NCBI GenBank assembly: GCA_963716895.1
Contig: CAVQUJ010000010.1
Coordinates: forward strand, 1,868,942-1,932,941
DNA length: 64,000 nucleotides
Origin: an uncultured delta proteobacterium
Lineage (GTDB): Bacteria > Myxococcota_A > UBA9160 > UBA6930
Direction: 5' to 3'
Made by a program: the position numbers and the translations under genes. This document shows, one piece after another, positions 34,769 through 45,798 of this stretch (positions are counted from its first letter, which is position 1; each line of letters opens with the position of its first letter). A model generated the notes under the pieces. That model saw nothing but the letters and a program-made list of their open reading frames with translations, was not told the origin of the DNA and did not search any database.

Positions 34769-36579
34769 CGGAAGTACGTCCGGCGTGCGGCGAGCACGGC
34801 GCCGTCGAGGAACGGGAAGTTGCGCTCGTAGACCTTCGTGAGGAACGCCTCGTCGCGCTCGCGCCATGCAGGGTCGTGGGACGCCTGCGCGAGGTAGTCG
34901 ACGTAGCGGTCGAACGAGAGGCGCACGAGCCGCTCGCGCTCGGGCTCGGGCGCGCGCAATCCCCGCTCGAGATACAGCCTGGCGAGCTCGAAGGCGTTCG
35001 CCCGGTATGGCGCGATCCGGAAGCTCTCTTCGTAGTGCGCGATCTGGCTCTCGAGCGGAGCGCCGTCGATGCGGTCGAGCCTGCCGAGCAGGCCGTGGAG
35101 GCGCGCGAGCTGGAACTGCTCGTTGCTCTTGTATCCAGTCGGCCTTCGGCCGAGCGCCGCCTCGCGCTCGATCCCGCGGATGGCTTCGTGGCGCGCCTGC
35201 TGCGACAAGGCTTCTCTCCGGCCGGCGTCCGTCTCGCGCTCGGCCTGGCCCGCATACTCCGCCGCCAGCGCCCGGAGGCTCAGCAGCGAGGGCTCGGGCA
35301 GATGGGCCTCGTAGCTCCAGAGGGACTGGTTGTCGCTCCACACCGACTCGTGTCGGAACGTCTGCACCGAGCAGGCGACGATGAACGAGAGCGCGAGCAC
35401 GGCGACCGCGCGGCGAGCGACCGGGCCGCAGCGTTCGGCGAGGCGCCCGAGCGAATCCGCCGCGATCGCGAGCACGGTGAACGAGGCCAGGTAGATGTAT
35501 CGGTCTGCGCGCCAGATGTCGACGTACACGAGGCCGAGATAGGGCAGCAACAGCGCGAAGAAGCCGAGCGCATGGAAGGCGAGATCGCGGCGCCGAAGGC
35601 AGCAGTACACGACCCCTGCGGTGACCGCGAGCGCGATGCCGAGGGACGCGGCCTGCTCGCTGGTCGAGAGCGGAACCTCGACGTGCGGCCAGCGGTAGAA
35701 GGCGGAGAGCTCGGTCGGCCAGACCAGGGAGCGCAGGTAGCAGCCGACCACGAGGGGAACGAACACGACCACATTCGTCACGTGCTCGAGACTCGACGCT
35801 CCCGGCCCCATCCTTCCGATCACGCCGAACTGTGACAGCACGCCCTGGTACCAGAGCACGATGGCGACCGTCACGACGGCGTGGGGCAACAGCAGCGCCA
35901 CCCCGCGCAGCACGCGTCCCCAATCGAGCGGCGCGTCGGCCCCCCGGCGCCCGTCGAGATAGGGATGGAACACGCGGTGGAGAACGAGGAGCGGCACGCA
36001 CGAGAAGGCCGCGATCTTCGCGAGCAGCGCGAGCGTGGTGAAGAGCAACGTCAGGAACCAGAGGGACCAGCGCGGGACGGCTTCCGTCTGCTCGAGCTCG
36101 CGGGCTTGCGCCAGCAGGGCTGCCAGCACGAGGCTGGTCGAGAGCACGTCCTTGCGCCCCATCACCCACGAGACCGCCTCGACGTGCACGGGCAAGGCGA
36201 CGAAGGCGGCGGCGACCGCGAGCGACAGAGTGAAGCGCCCGGTGGCTCGACGCAGGAACAGGAACAGCAGCGAGCCGTTCGCCGCGTTCAGCAGCACGTT
36301 GCCGAGGTGGTAGCCGACCGGATTCTCGAAGCCGAAGATGCGCGCATCGAGCGCCCAGCTCACGTCGCGGAGCAGCAGCGGCTCCTCGCGCGGGAAGTAG
36401 TCGAGCAGGATCTGTCGCAAGCTTGCGAGGAGGGAGTGCTCGTTGTAGAGCTGCGGATTCGCGAGCAGCACGAGGCGGTCGTCGAAGTCCACGAAGTCGA
36501 AGCCGATCGAGCGCGCGTACAGTGCTACCCCGAACAACGCGAGCGCGAGGGCGGCCACGGAGGTCGAGCGACTCGGCAT
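34765..36579 (-). CDS. GT-C fold membrane glycosyltransferase-like protein with C-terminal TPR repeats (TMTC/PMT/DUF1736-like), intact
   Basis: FVDFDDRLVLLANPQL, LRDVSWALDARIFGFENPVGYHLGNVLLNAANGSLLF, about 11 TM segments, then soluble C-terminal repeats (SLWSYEAHLPEPSLLSLRALAAEYAGQAERE...RANAFELARLYLERG). Confidence 0.7.
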   Translation of the reverse strand: MPSRSTSVAALALALFGVALYARSIGFDFVDFDDRLVLLANPQLYNEHSLLASLRQILLDYFPREEPLLLRDVSWALDARIFGFENPVGYHLGNVLLNAANGSLLFLFLRRATGRFTLSLAVAAAFVALPVHVEAVSWVMGRKDVLSTSLVLAALLAQARELEQTEAVPRWSLWFLTLLFTTLALLAKIAAFSCVPLLVLHRVFHPYLDGRRGADAPLDWGRVLRGVALLLPHAVVTVAIVLWYQGVLSQFGVIGRMGPGASSLEHVTNVVVFVPLVVGCYLRSLVWPTELSAFYRWPHVEVPLSTSEQAASLGIALAVTAGVVYCCLRRRDLAFHALGFFALLLPYLGLVYVDIWRADRYIYLASFTVLAIAADSLGRLAERCGPVARRAVAVLALSFIVACSVQTFRHESVWSDNQSLWSYEAHLPEPSLLSLRALAAEYAGQAERETDAGRREALSQQARHEAIRGIEREAALGRRPTGYKSNEQFQLARLHGLLGRLDRIDGAPLESQIAHYEESFRIAPYRANAFELARLYLERGLRAPEPERERLVRLSFDRYVDYLAQASHDPAWRERDEAFLTKVYERNFPFLDGAVLAARRTYFR

Positions 36580-36710
36580 CGAGGGCGGGCCTCCCGGCAC
36601 TGGGATTGAATCGGACCGGAGGAGACTCGCCTTGAGCCAACGGGCTCGTCGGGGTGGATACAACCCGCTCGCGGCTACGCTGGGCGGAATCGACGAAGGG
36701 AGGCAGCACC

Positions 36711-37544
36711 ATGCTGCGGAAGGTCGCATTGCGGGGCATCGAGATGGAGCTGGACGACGCTGGCTCCGGCGAGCGCGCTCTCGTGCTCGTGCACGGCTAC
36801 ACGGGCTCGCGCGACGACTTCCGCGAGCACGTTCCCGAGCTCGCTCGGCTCGGCCGCACCATCGCGCTCGACCAGCGGGGCCACGGCGGCACCACGAACT
36901 CCGGGCAGAGCGAGGACTACACGCTCGACAGCCTCGTGGCGGACCTCGCTGCCGCCTTCGACGCCCTCGGCCTCGCGCGCGCCGACCTGCTCGGCCACTC
37001 GCTCGGCGGCATGGTCGCGCTGCGCCTCGCGCTCGCGCACCCGGAGCGCGTCGCCTCGCTCGTGCTGATGGACACCTCGGCGCGGCCGATGGCGCTGCCC
37101 ACCATCCCAGAGGCGGTCCGCGCCGCGCTGGTGAAGCTCACGCGCGAGCAGGGCGTCGCGGCGCTGTTACCCGGCATGCGCGGGCGCCCGGCTGCCGACA
37201 TCCCCCCGTCGATGCAGCGCAGCATCGAGCAGATGGGGCCCGACGTATTCTGGGAGCGTATCCAGCGCAAGCTCGAAGCGATGGACCCGGTGGCGTGGGA
37301 CGCGCTGCTGGGCGTGCTCGGCGGGCACGAGCCTGCGACCGCGCGCCTCGGCGAGATCCGCTGCCCGACGCTGGTGCTGGTCGGCGCGGAGGACAAGCCG
37401 TTCCTCGCGCCGTCGGACGAGCTCGAGCGCGGCATCTCGGGGGCGGTGCGCATCACCATTCCCGATGCGGCACACAGCCCGCAGCTCGAGAATCCGCCGG
37501 CGTGGGCGGCCGCGATCCGCGCGCACCTCGCGCGCGTGCGCTAG
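36711..37544 (+). CDS. Alpha/beta hydrolase fold protein, intact
   Basis: LVLVHGYTGS, LLGHSLGGMVAL (nucleophile elbow), PTLVLVGAEDKPF, IPDAAHSPQLENP. Confidence 0.75.
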   Translation: MLRKVALRGIEMELDDAGSGERALVLVHGYTGSRDDFREHVPELARLGRTIALDQRGHGGTTNSGQSEDYTLDSLVADLAAAFDALGLARADLLGHSLGGMVALRLALAHPERVASLVLMDTSARPMALPTIPEAVRAALVKLTREQGVAALLPGMRGRPAADIPPSMQRSIEQMGPDVFWERIQRKLEAMDPVAWDALLGVLGGHEPATARLGEIRCPTLVLVGAEDKPFLAPSDELERGISGAVRITIPDAAHSPQLENPPAWAAAIRAHLARVR

Positions 37545-37696
37545 GGATGCGGCGGCGCGGGCGGGTGCGGCACCGGCGGCCGCGGGCCCCAGCAGCTCGG
37601 GTGCGGCGGCATCGGCGGCGCCATCCAGAACCCGGCCAGCGCGATGATGATCAGGATGCGCGCGAGCCGGCGCAGCCTCGTAGCGCGAGGATCCAT
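37541..37696 (-). CDS. Candidate 51-aa single-TM, proline-rich small protein (not in the ORF track)
   Basis: MDPRATRLRRLARILIIIALAGFWMAPPMPPHPSCWGPRPPVPHPPAPPHP*; strong SD GGGGGAGAA 6 nt upstream of the ATG. Stop overlaps the convergent hydrolase stop in CTAG. Confidence 0.3.
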   Translation of the reverse strand: MDPRATRLRRLARILIIIALAGFWMAPPMPPHPSCWGPRPPVPHPPAPPHP

Positions 37697-37810
37697 CGTT
37701 CTCCCCCTTCTGACTCGTCGATTGGACGAACGTTTCGCAGCAAGGTCAAGGGCTCGTGCAATCTCCAGTCGCGACCACCGAGCTCCCCGCCGCCCGCATC
37801 CGGCGCCGGC

Positions 37811-39498
37811 CTACTTCGTCCGTCGCGGCGTCCAAGGCCCGGCCTTGTTCTTCCGCGCGCTCGCGCGGATGTAGCGCCGGCTGATCGGCGAGAGGTCGTC
37901 GGGCGCGATGCGGCACTCGATCAGCACGAACTCCTTGACCTCGTGCGCGGCGCGCAGCGCTTCGGAGAGCTCGGCCGCCGTCTCCGCGACGAAGCCGACC
38001 CCGCCCCAGTTCTGCGCCAGCTCGGCGTAGGGCCAGTTCGGGATCTCGAGCAGATCGGGCCGCTGCGAGACGGGCCGGAAGATGCCCCAGCCGCCGTTGT
38101 TCACGAGCACCACGATCGGCGTGAGGCCGTGGCGCGGCGCATGCGAGATCTCCGCGCCGGTCATCTGGAACGCGCCGTCGCCGGTCAGCACGAGTGGCCG
38201 CGCGCCGGTGCCGATCTGCGCGCCGAGCGCGGCGGGCACGCCGAAGCCCATCGAGGCGTAGTAGCCCTGCGCGAGATAGAGGCCGCCGCGCAGGCGCAGC
38301 TCGAGCCCGCCGAACAGCGCGTCGCCCGACTCGGCGACCACGTGGTAGCCCGCGTGCGCAGCGAGGAAGCGGTTCAGCTCGACCAGCATGTCGTTCACAC
38401 GCAGCGGCCGGCGCGCCGCGCGCTGCGGCGGCGGCGCGACCAGGTTGTCGTGGTAGGCGATGCGCTCGCGGAAGCGCGGGCAGCGGGCGCGCGGCGAGCG
38501 CCGCCACGAAGTCGTACAGCTCGACGTCCGTGTACTGGTGGAACGAGACGTTCACGCGCCCGTCGATCGCCCACACCGAGGTGTCCCGCGCCACCTGCGG
38601 CTTCGCGGCGCCGAGGTTCATGTCGGTGAGCTCGGTGCCGAGCGCGAGCACGAGGTCGGCGCTCCGCACGCGCCGCTGGATCGCCGGCGCCGAGAGCGGG
38701 CCCATGTGGATGCCCATGTGCAGCGGGTGATCCATCGGGAACACGCCCTTCGCGAGCACGGTGGTGACGACCGGCGCGCCGAGCTTCTCCGCCACCTTCT
38801 CGAAGTTGCGGTCGGCGCGGCTGCGGAACAGCTCGACGCCGCCCATCACGATCGGCCGCTTCGCGCGGCGCAAGCGCGCCACCGTCTCGGCCACGGCCTC
38901 GCGGAGCTTGCGCGCGTCCGACTTCGGGCGCGGGAAGCTGCCGTCCCAGCCGAGGATCTCGTCGGGGACGTGGATCTCGAGATCCACGCGGTCGCGGTGG
39001 ATCTCGAGGTAGCCGGGCCGGTGCTCGGACAGGATCGCGCCGACCACCTCGTGGATCTGCGCCGCGGCGAGCGCGGGGTGCTCGAGGATCCGCGCGGCGC
39101 ACGTCACCTCGGACAGGATGCGGAACTGGCCGTCGACGTCCTTCACCTGGTGGTGGACGCCGGAGAGCCGCTGCTCGGCCTCGCCCGGCCCGCCGGAGAC
39201 GACGAGCATCCCCACCTGCTCGGCGTACGCGCCGGCGACGGCGTTCACGATGTTGTGGCCGCCGGCGCCGTAGGTGACGCACTGCGACGCCGAGCCGGCG
39301 CGTGCTGCGCGCGTAGCCGTCGGCGGCGAAGCCGACGGCGGGCTCGTGCGAGAAGGTCACGATCTCGATGCCGCGCTCGCGGCCGAAGCGATCGAACAGG
39401 CCGAGCACGAGGTCGCCCGGCAGGCCGAACACGTGCTTGACGCCGGCGCGCTTCAGGTACGCGACCAGGAAGTCGCCGAGCGCCATGCGCGGCTTCAT
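37811..39498 (-). CDS. Thiamine-pyrophosphate-dependent 2-keto-acid decarboxylase family enzyme (indolepyruvate/pyruvate decarboxylase-like); several frameshifts
   Basis: MKPRMALGDFLVAYLKRAGVKHVFGLPGDLVLGLFD, GYARS..GVCVTYGAGGHNIVNAVAGAYAE, C-terminal TPP-binding LTGDGAFQMTGAEIS...VVLVNNGGWGIF. Confidence 0.7.
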
Positions 39499-39521
39499 CG
39501 CGGAAGCGCCGCGTGCGCGCT

Positions 39522-40076
39522 TCAACGCCCGCGCTCCCGCGCGAGGCTCCACCAGTGGAGGGCCGCCACCACCAGCGCGTGGTCGATCTCGCCGCGCCGC
39601 ACGCGCTCCGACAGCTCAGCCACCGGCACGAGCTCGACGACCGTCTCTTCGAGCGGCCCGTTCATCACCTCGCCCACGCGCTCGACGTCCTCGGCCAGGT
39701 AGGTGTGGACGCGATTCCCGAACAGCGCCGGGTTCGGGTTCAGGCTGCCGAGCGGCGCGCACCGCCGTCGCCGGTAGCCGGTCTCCTCGACGAGCTCGCG
39801 CGCGGCGGCCTCGGCCGGATCCTCGCCGGGGTCGATGATGCCGCCCGGGATCTCGAGCGTGATCTCGCGCGAGCCGTGGCGGTACTGGCGCACCATCACG
39901 ACCTGGCCGTCGCGCGTGACCGGCACCACGTTCACCCAGTGCTCGGCCTCGATCGAGTAGAACGGGTGCACCTCGCCGCCGCGCGGCGAGCGCACCAGCG
40001 AACGCGTCACGCGGAACACCTTGCAGTCCTGGAGTCGCTCCGTCCCGAGGATCTGCCAGGGTCGGGGCAGAGTCAC
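39522..40076 (-). CDS. Nudix hydrolase (ADP-ribose pyrophosphatase-like), intact
   Basis: Nudix box PGGIIDPGEDPAEAAARELVEETGY. Confidence 0.8.
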   Translation of the reverse strand: MTLPRPWQILGTERLQDCKVFRVTRSLVRSPRGGEVHPFYSIEAEHWVNVVPVTRDGQVVMVRQYRHGSREITLEIPGGIIDPGEDPAEAAARELVEETGYRRRRCAPLGSLNPNPALFGNRVHTYLAEDVERVGEVMNGPLEETVVELVPVAELSERVRRGEIDHALVVAALHWWSLARERGR

Positions 40077-40155
40077 GCTCTCGTGACTCCGTTCGCCTCA
40101 CGCGAGGTAAATCCTCGCGTGGGCTCACTGCGCGCTCCGCTTCGCGTCGCTTGCA

Positions 40156-40707
40156 CTAGAGCACCTCGTCGATCACGATCTCGATGTCGTGTGCGCCGGG
40201 CGCGAACGTGCCCTTGGCTTCGCCCTGCAGATCGCCCGGGTTGCGCGTCATCGCATTCCGGTCGGCGTCGACGCGAGCCGTGACGTCGAAGGGGCCGTCG
40301 AACGGCATCGCCTGGATCATGCGGTCGTCGGGGCCGATCGAGAACTCGAGCGGGAAGGTCGGGTCGGCGATGCGGCGCACCGCGGTGGGCGGGCCGCCGC
40401 TGCCGGTCCGCGCGATCAGGAACAGCACGGCGCCGGGCGGCACGCGCCCCGCGAGGTTCGCCGCGAGGCGGATCGTGCCGGTGAGCGGCGCGCCGCCGCT
40501 CGGCGCCGGCGCGGCCGGCTCGGGGGCGGGCGGCATCGCACCGCCCATCGCCTGCGCGTCGCCCGAGCGCTCGGCGCCTGCCGGGAAGATCTTCGAGAGA
40601 TCCGGCCGCTCCACCTTCTCGTTCGGGTCGTACGGCTCGATGTTGCGATCGCAAGCCGCCCCGAGGAGCGCGATCACGACGAGGAGGCTGCCCGGGATTC
40701 GACGCAC
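40156..40707 (-). CDS. Hypothetical lipoprotein
   Basis: Lipobox LLVVIALLGAAC, Pro/Ala-rich linker, about 100-aa C-terminal domain; start chosen at the signal peptide within a longer ORF. Confidence 0.45.
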   Translation of the reverse strand: MRRIPGSLLVVIALLGAACDRNIEPYDPNEKVERPDLSKIFPAGAERSGDAQAMGGAMPPAPEPAAPAPSGGAPLTGTIRLAANLAGRVPPGAVLFLIARTGSGGPPTAVRRIADPTFPLEFSIGPDDRMIQAMPFDGPFDVTARVDADRNAMTRNPGDLQGEAKGTFAPGAHDIEIVIDEVL

Positions 40708-40837
40708 GGCCGCTGACGCTAGCCGCAAGCGAAGCGCGCAGCGAGCCGACGCGAGGCTTTGCCTCGCGTGAGGCGAGCGAAGTCGCGACAGCTGGGAAGC
40801 GCGCAGCGCAGCTCGCACCACGGAGCTACTCTCGCGT

Positions 40838-40928
40838 GACTGCCTGGGGGTGGGCCCTCCGTCGACGACGGTGCGGCCCTGAGATGACACCCTTGGAACC
40901 TGAACTCGGTCGTGCGAGCGGAGGGAAG
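40838..40928 (+). ncRNA. TPP (THI-box) riboswitch in the thiC leader
   Basis: TGGGGGTGGGCCC...GGCCCTGAGATGACACCCTTGGAACCTGAACTCGGTCGTGCGAGCGGAGGGAAGG matches the conserved GGGGUG / CUGAGA / ACCCuuGAACCUGA / GCG.AGGGA elements. The thiC ATG is at 40999 with an AAGGAG SD. Confidence 0.75.
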
Positions 40929-40998
40929 GCGTGGCGAGCGGGCCCGAGGTCCGCACCGTGCCCTGCTCCCGCCGCCGGCCGCGCCTGAAGGAGCAAGA

Positions 40999-42736
<1,738 letters not shown>

Positions 42737-42864
42737 CGCGACGAGGCGCGCGTCGCAGAAACAGGAAGCCCCGGGGCCTTGCGGCGCCCGGGGCTCCGAA
42801 GTCCGAACCTCACCCCCCCTGATGACGAGCGGACATCCCTCGTTTCGGCAGCCAGCGGGAAGAC

Positions 42865-44040
42865 TTGAGCGATCTGCTGCCGCGGAGGTGCAAGCGCGTG
42901 GATGCGCAGCTGCTGCTGACCGACGCGAACCTGCCCGAGTACCTGCGCGGCCTCGGCCTGGCGGCGCCGGGCGAGCGGGTTCAGGTCGAGCCCGCGGGCG
43001 ACGGGAACATCAACTGGGTGCGACGGGCCACGGTCGAGGCGTCACCGCCGCGCTCGCTACGTCGTGAAGCAGGCGCGGCCCGCGCTCGAGCGCTTCCCGC
43101 AGTACCAGGCACCGACCGAGCGGATCGTGTGCGAGGCCCGCTACCTGGCGCGCGGTCGCGGCGCTCGACTCCGAGGGGGTCTGCCCCGGGTGCACCTCTT
43201 CGACGAGCGCAATCGCGTGCTCGTGCTCGAGGATCTCGGGCAGGCCGAGCGGCTCGACGCGGCCCTCGCGCGCGGGGCGGACGCGAGCACGCCGCTCGCC
43301 GCGCCTCGCCGCGCTTCCTCGGCCGCGTGCACGCGCGCGACGCGCGGGCGACCGACGCTCGCCGCGCGCTTCGCGAACGACGCCGATGCAGCGCCTCCAC
43401 GGCGACCACATCTTCGCGCTCCCCTTCAGCCGAACGACTTCCCGCTGCCGCCGCGCACGGCCGGCGCGCGCCGAGCAGCTCCGCGACGACGCGGCGCTCG
43501 TGCGCGATCGCCGCGCCGCCTACGCGCGCTACCTCGAGCCGACGGGCGCGCTCGTCCACGGCGACGTGCAGGCCGGCAACGTGCTGCTCGCCCGCGCGCG
43601 GCGCGAAGCTGCTCGACGCCGAGATCGCGCACGTCGGCGACCCCGCCTTCGACATCGGCACGCTGCTCGCGCACTGCTGGCTGCTCCCGGCCGCGCGCGG
43701 CGGACGTGCGCGCGAGCGTGCGCCGCTCATCGAGCGCTGCTGGCGCGCCTATGCCGAGGCGCACGGCCGCGGCGCGGGCGCCGCGCTCGCGCGACGCGCG
43801 CTCCGCTACGCCGGCCTCGAGCTGCTGCGCCGCACGATCGGCGCCGCGCGCGTCGCGGCCGTCGCCGAGCGACGCAGCCGGCGCTCCGCGTGCTCGAGCG
43901 CGGCGTCGCCTGGTTCGCGAGGCGCGCTCGCGGCTCAGACCCCGGTCGAGCCTTCGCAGCGTCGGCAGCGGCTGGGCGCCGTCGGCGGCGCGGGCTCGCC
44001 GCTCCGCCTCGACTCGGCCGCCCAGTGGATGCGCTGGTAG
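42865..44040 (+). CDS. APH-fold kinase, methylthioribose kinase (MtnK)-like; many frameshifts, end approximate
   Basis: N-terminal VEPAGDGNINWVRRATV (GDGNLN-like motif of MtnK), catalytic VHGDVQAGNVLL (HGD..xN), DAEIAHVGDPAFDIGTLLAHCW. Confidence 0.5.
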   Translation: MSDLLPRRCKRVDAQLLLTDANLPEYLRGLGLAAPGERVQVEPAGDGNINWVRRATVEASPPRSLRREAGAARARALPAVPGTDRADRVRGPLPGARSRRSTPRGSAPGAPLRRAQSRARARGSRAGRAARRGPRARGGREHAARRASPRFLGRVHARDARATDARRALRERRRCSASTATTSSRSPSAERLPAAAAHGRRAPSSSATTRRSCAIAAPPTRATSSRRARSSTATCRPATCCSPARGAKLLDAEIAHVGDPAFDIGTLLAHCWLLPAARGGRARERAPLIERCWRAYAEAHGRGAGAALARRALRYAGLELLRRTIGAARVAAVAERRSRRSACSSAASPGSRGALAAQTPVEPSQRRQRLGAVGGAGSPLRLDSAAQWMRW

Positions 44041-44060
44041 TCGAAGCGGCCGTCGCGCCA

Positions 44061-44898
44061 TCACGTTGAACTTGACGATCTCGAAGTACGGCGAGAGGTC
44101 GAAGTCGCGCGGCGTGAGCAGCGTCGGGTGGCGCATGTGGAAGATGCCCGTGTAGCCCTCGCTCGTCGTGGCCGAAGATGCGCCGCAGCAGCGTCGGCCG
44201 CGCGGCGCCTCCGGCGCGTCGAACGCCTCCGGGTACTCGATCGGCGGCAGGATCGGGAAGCGCACCTTGCGCGAAGAGCCGGCCGATCAGGCTCGAGCAG
44301 ATCACCTCGGTCGGCTCGCCGCTCCCGAAGTGGAGCGCCGTGCGCCGGCAGCGCGGTCGGGACGACGTGCACCGGGATCAGGTAGCGCGCCAGGTCGAGG
44401 ACGTTGCGCAGGTCGTAGCGCCAGCCGATCGCCGCGACGCGTCGTCGACGATCAGCTCGCAGGTGCTCGCGGCCGCAGCCGATGGGGCCGCGCAGATGCG
44501 GATGTTGAAGTCGACGTACTTCGAGAGGGGCGACGCGACCACGCCGTGCGGCAGCGCCTCGACGAGCAGGTGCTCCGCGTCGTCGCCGAAGGTCTCGCGG
44601 GCGCGGCTCGGCGCGCTCGCCGCCGCGCCGGAGCAGCTCGTCGCCGACGTAGAGCGCCGCGTGCGACCAGCAGCTCTGGGTCAGGTAGCGGATGATCGGC
44701 GAGACCCGGCTGTCGCCGTCGACCAGCAGCACGTCGCCCTTGCGGACGTGCCGGCGCAGCGCCTGCGGGTCGTTCCACACGACGCGCTCGTAGTGGGGCA
44801 GCGGCTCCGTCAGGTAGTCGACGATCTTGCGGGTGATCCAACCTCGGATGTCCAAGACGGCAGGCCTCTCGATCTGTTTCGGACTCCCAGACGGCTCC
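44061..44898 (-). CDS. Permuted papain-like (YaeF/YiiX, C92-like) amidase family protein; frameshifts in the C-terminal half
   Basis: MEPSGSPKQIERPAVLDIRGWITRK...RKGDVLLVDGDSRVSPIIRYLTQSCWSHAALYVGDELL matches the GDxLL...S..I...T.S.WSH.ALYvG pattern; the remainder is unresolved between frames. Confidence 0.4.
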
Positions 44899-45099
44899 AT
44901 TGATGCGATCCCCACGGGTGAGTGACCAGAAACCTGTGAAATCGCTCGAAAAATTCTTAGCCCTCCCGGTAGGGTCGTGTATCCTTAGGCCCCTCGAAGA
45001 CATTTTACCTTTTGTTTCCGAGGACTTACGGGCCTTTCGGCATGCGAAATCACTCTTCGATCTCGCGCAGTCCGACTCGGCTGGGGAGCAGACCCGTTC

Positions 45100-45306
45100 G
45101 ATGGACGTGAGGATCAAGGCCACGGTTTCCTTTTCGATCGGGGGCAGCACCCTCGAGGACTCGCTCGCCGAGTACGACGAGCTCACCGTCTCCGGGCTGC
45201 TCAGGGAGATCCTCGACAAGGCCATCGCCTGCGATGACATCCAGGTCGAGGTCACCGAGGGCCCGAACACGCTCGAGGAGTACGACTCCCAGGCGCAGGG
45301 CGCGTA
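45100..45306 (+). CDS. Small acidic protein (68 aa), unknown function
   Basis: MDVRIKATVSFSIGGSTLEDSLAEYDELTVSGLLREILDKAIACDDIQVEVTEGPNTLEEYDSQAQGA*; GGGGAG SD 8 nt upstream. Preceded by a 185-bp unusually AT-rich divergent intergenic region. Confidence 0.35.
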
Positions 45307-45322
45307 GCCGGTCGGAGGCGCC

Positions 45323-45748
45323 TCAGCCGAAGAGCGTGAGCTGTCGCGGCCCTGCCGGCGGCGGCGCGGAGCGTGCAGCGCGCTCCGGCGCAGGCGGGCG
45401 CGGGCGCGCGCGCGGCTCGTCGCCGGGCCGGTAGATGCCGGCCTGCCGCGCCCACTCGACGATGCGCTGGTAGAAGCTCCGGAAGCGCAGGCCGTGGTCG
45501 AAGTGGCGGAGGTGCGCGAGCTCGTGGCAGAGCGTGTCCACCAGGCTCGAGTAGCGGAGCGGCTGGCCGGTGACGACGTGCGCGAGCCGGATCCGGATGG
45601 TGCCGTCGCGATAGCAGACGCCGTAGCGGCGCTTCACGCGCGGACGCTCGGGCTCGATGACGCGGTAGCGGAGGCCGAAGCGCGTGGCGATCTCGGCCGC
45701 GTCGCGGTTGAGGCGCGCCATCAGCTCCTCGCGCAGCTCCGCATCCAC
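45323..45748 (-). CDS. DUF45/YgjP-like (SprT/WLM-related) HExxH zinc metallohydrolase, intact but short
   Basis: LVDTLCHELAHLRHFDHGLRFRSFYQRIVEWA contains HELAH (HExxH) plus a downstream Glu; 141 aa. Confidence 0.6.
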   Translation of the reverse strand: MDAELREELMARLNRDAAEIATRFGLRYRVIEPERPRVKRRYGVCYRDGTIRIRLAHVVTGQPLRYSSLVDTLCHELAHLRHFDHGLRFRSFYQRIVEWARQAGIYRPGDEPRARPRPPAPERAARSAPPPAGPRQLTLFG

Positions 45749-45798
45749 GGCGGCCGAGGATCCCGGCGGGGCAATCTTCCGTCAAGTATGTTGCGCTC

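Noticed and set aside
44900-45307. 135-aa ORF starting at 44900
   Set aside because: Its 5' half runs through the AT-rich divergent promoter region and would overlap the divergent YiiX-like gene start. The strong GGGGAG SD precedes the internal ATG at 45100, so only the 68-aa C-terminal protein is called.
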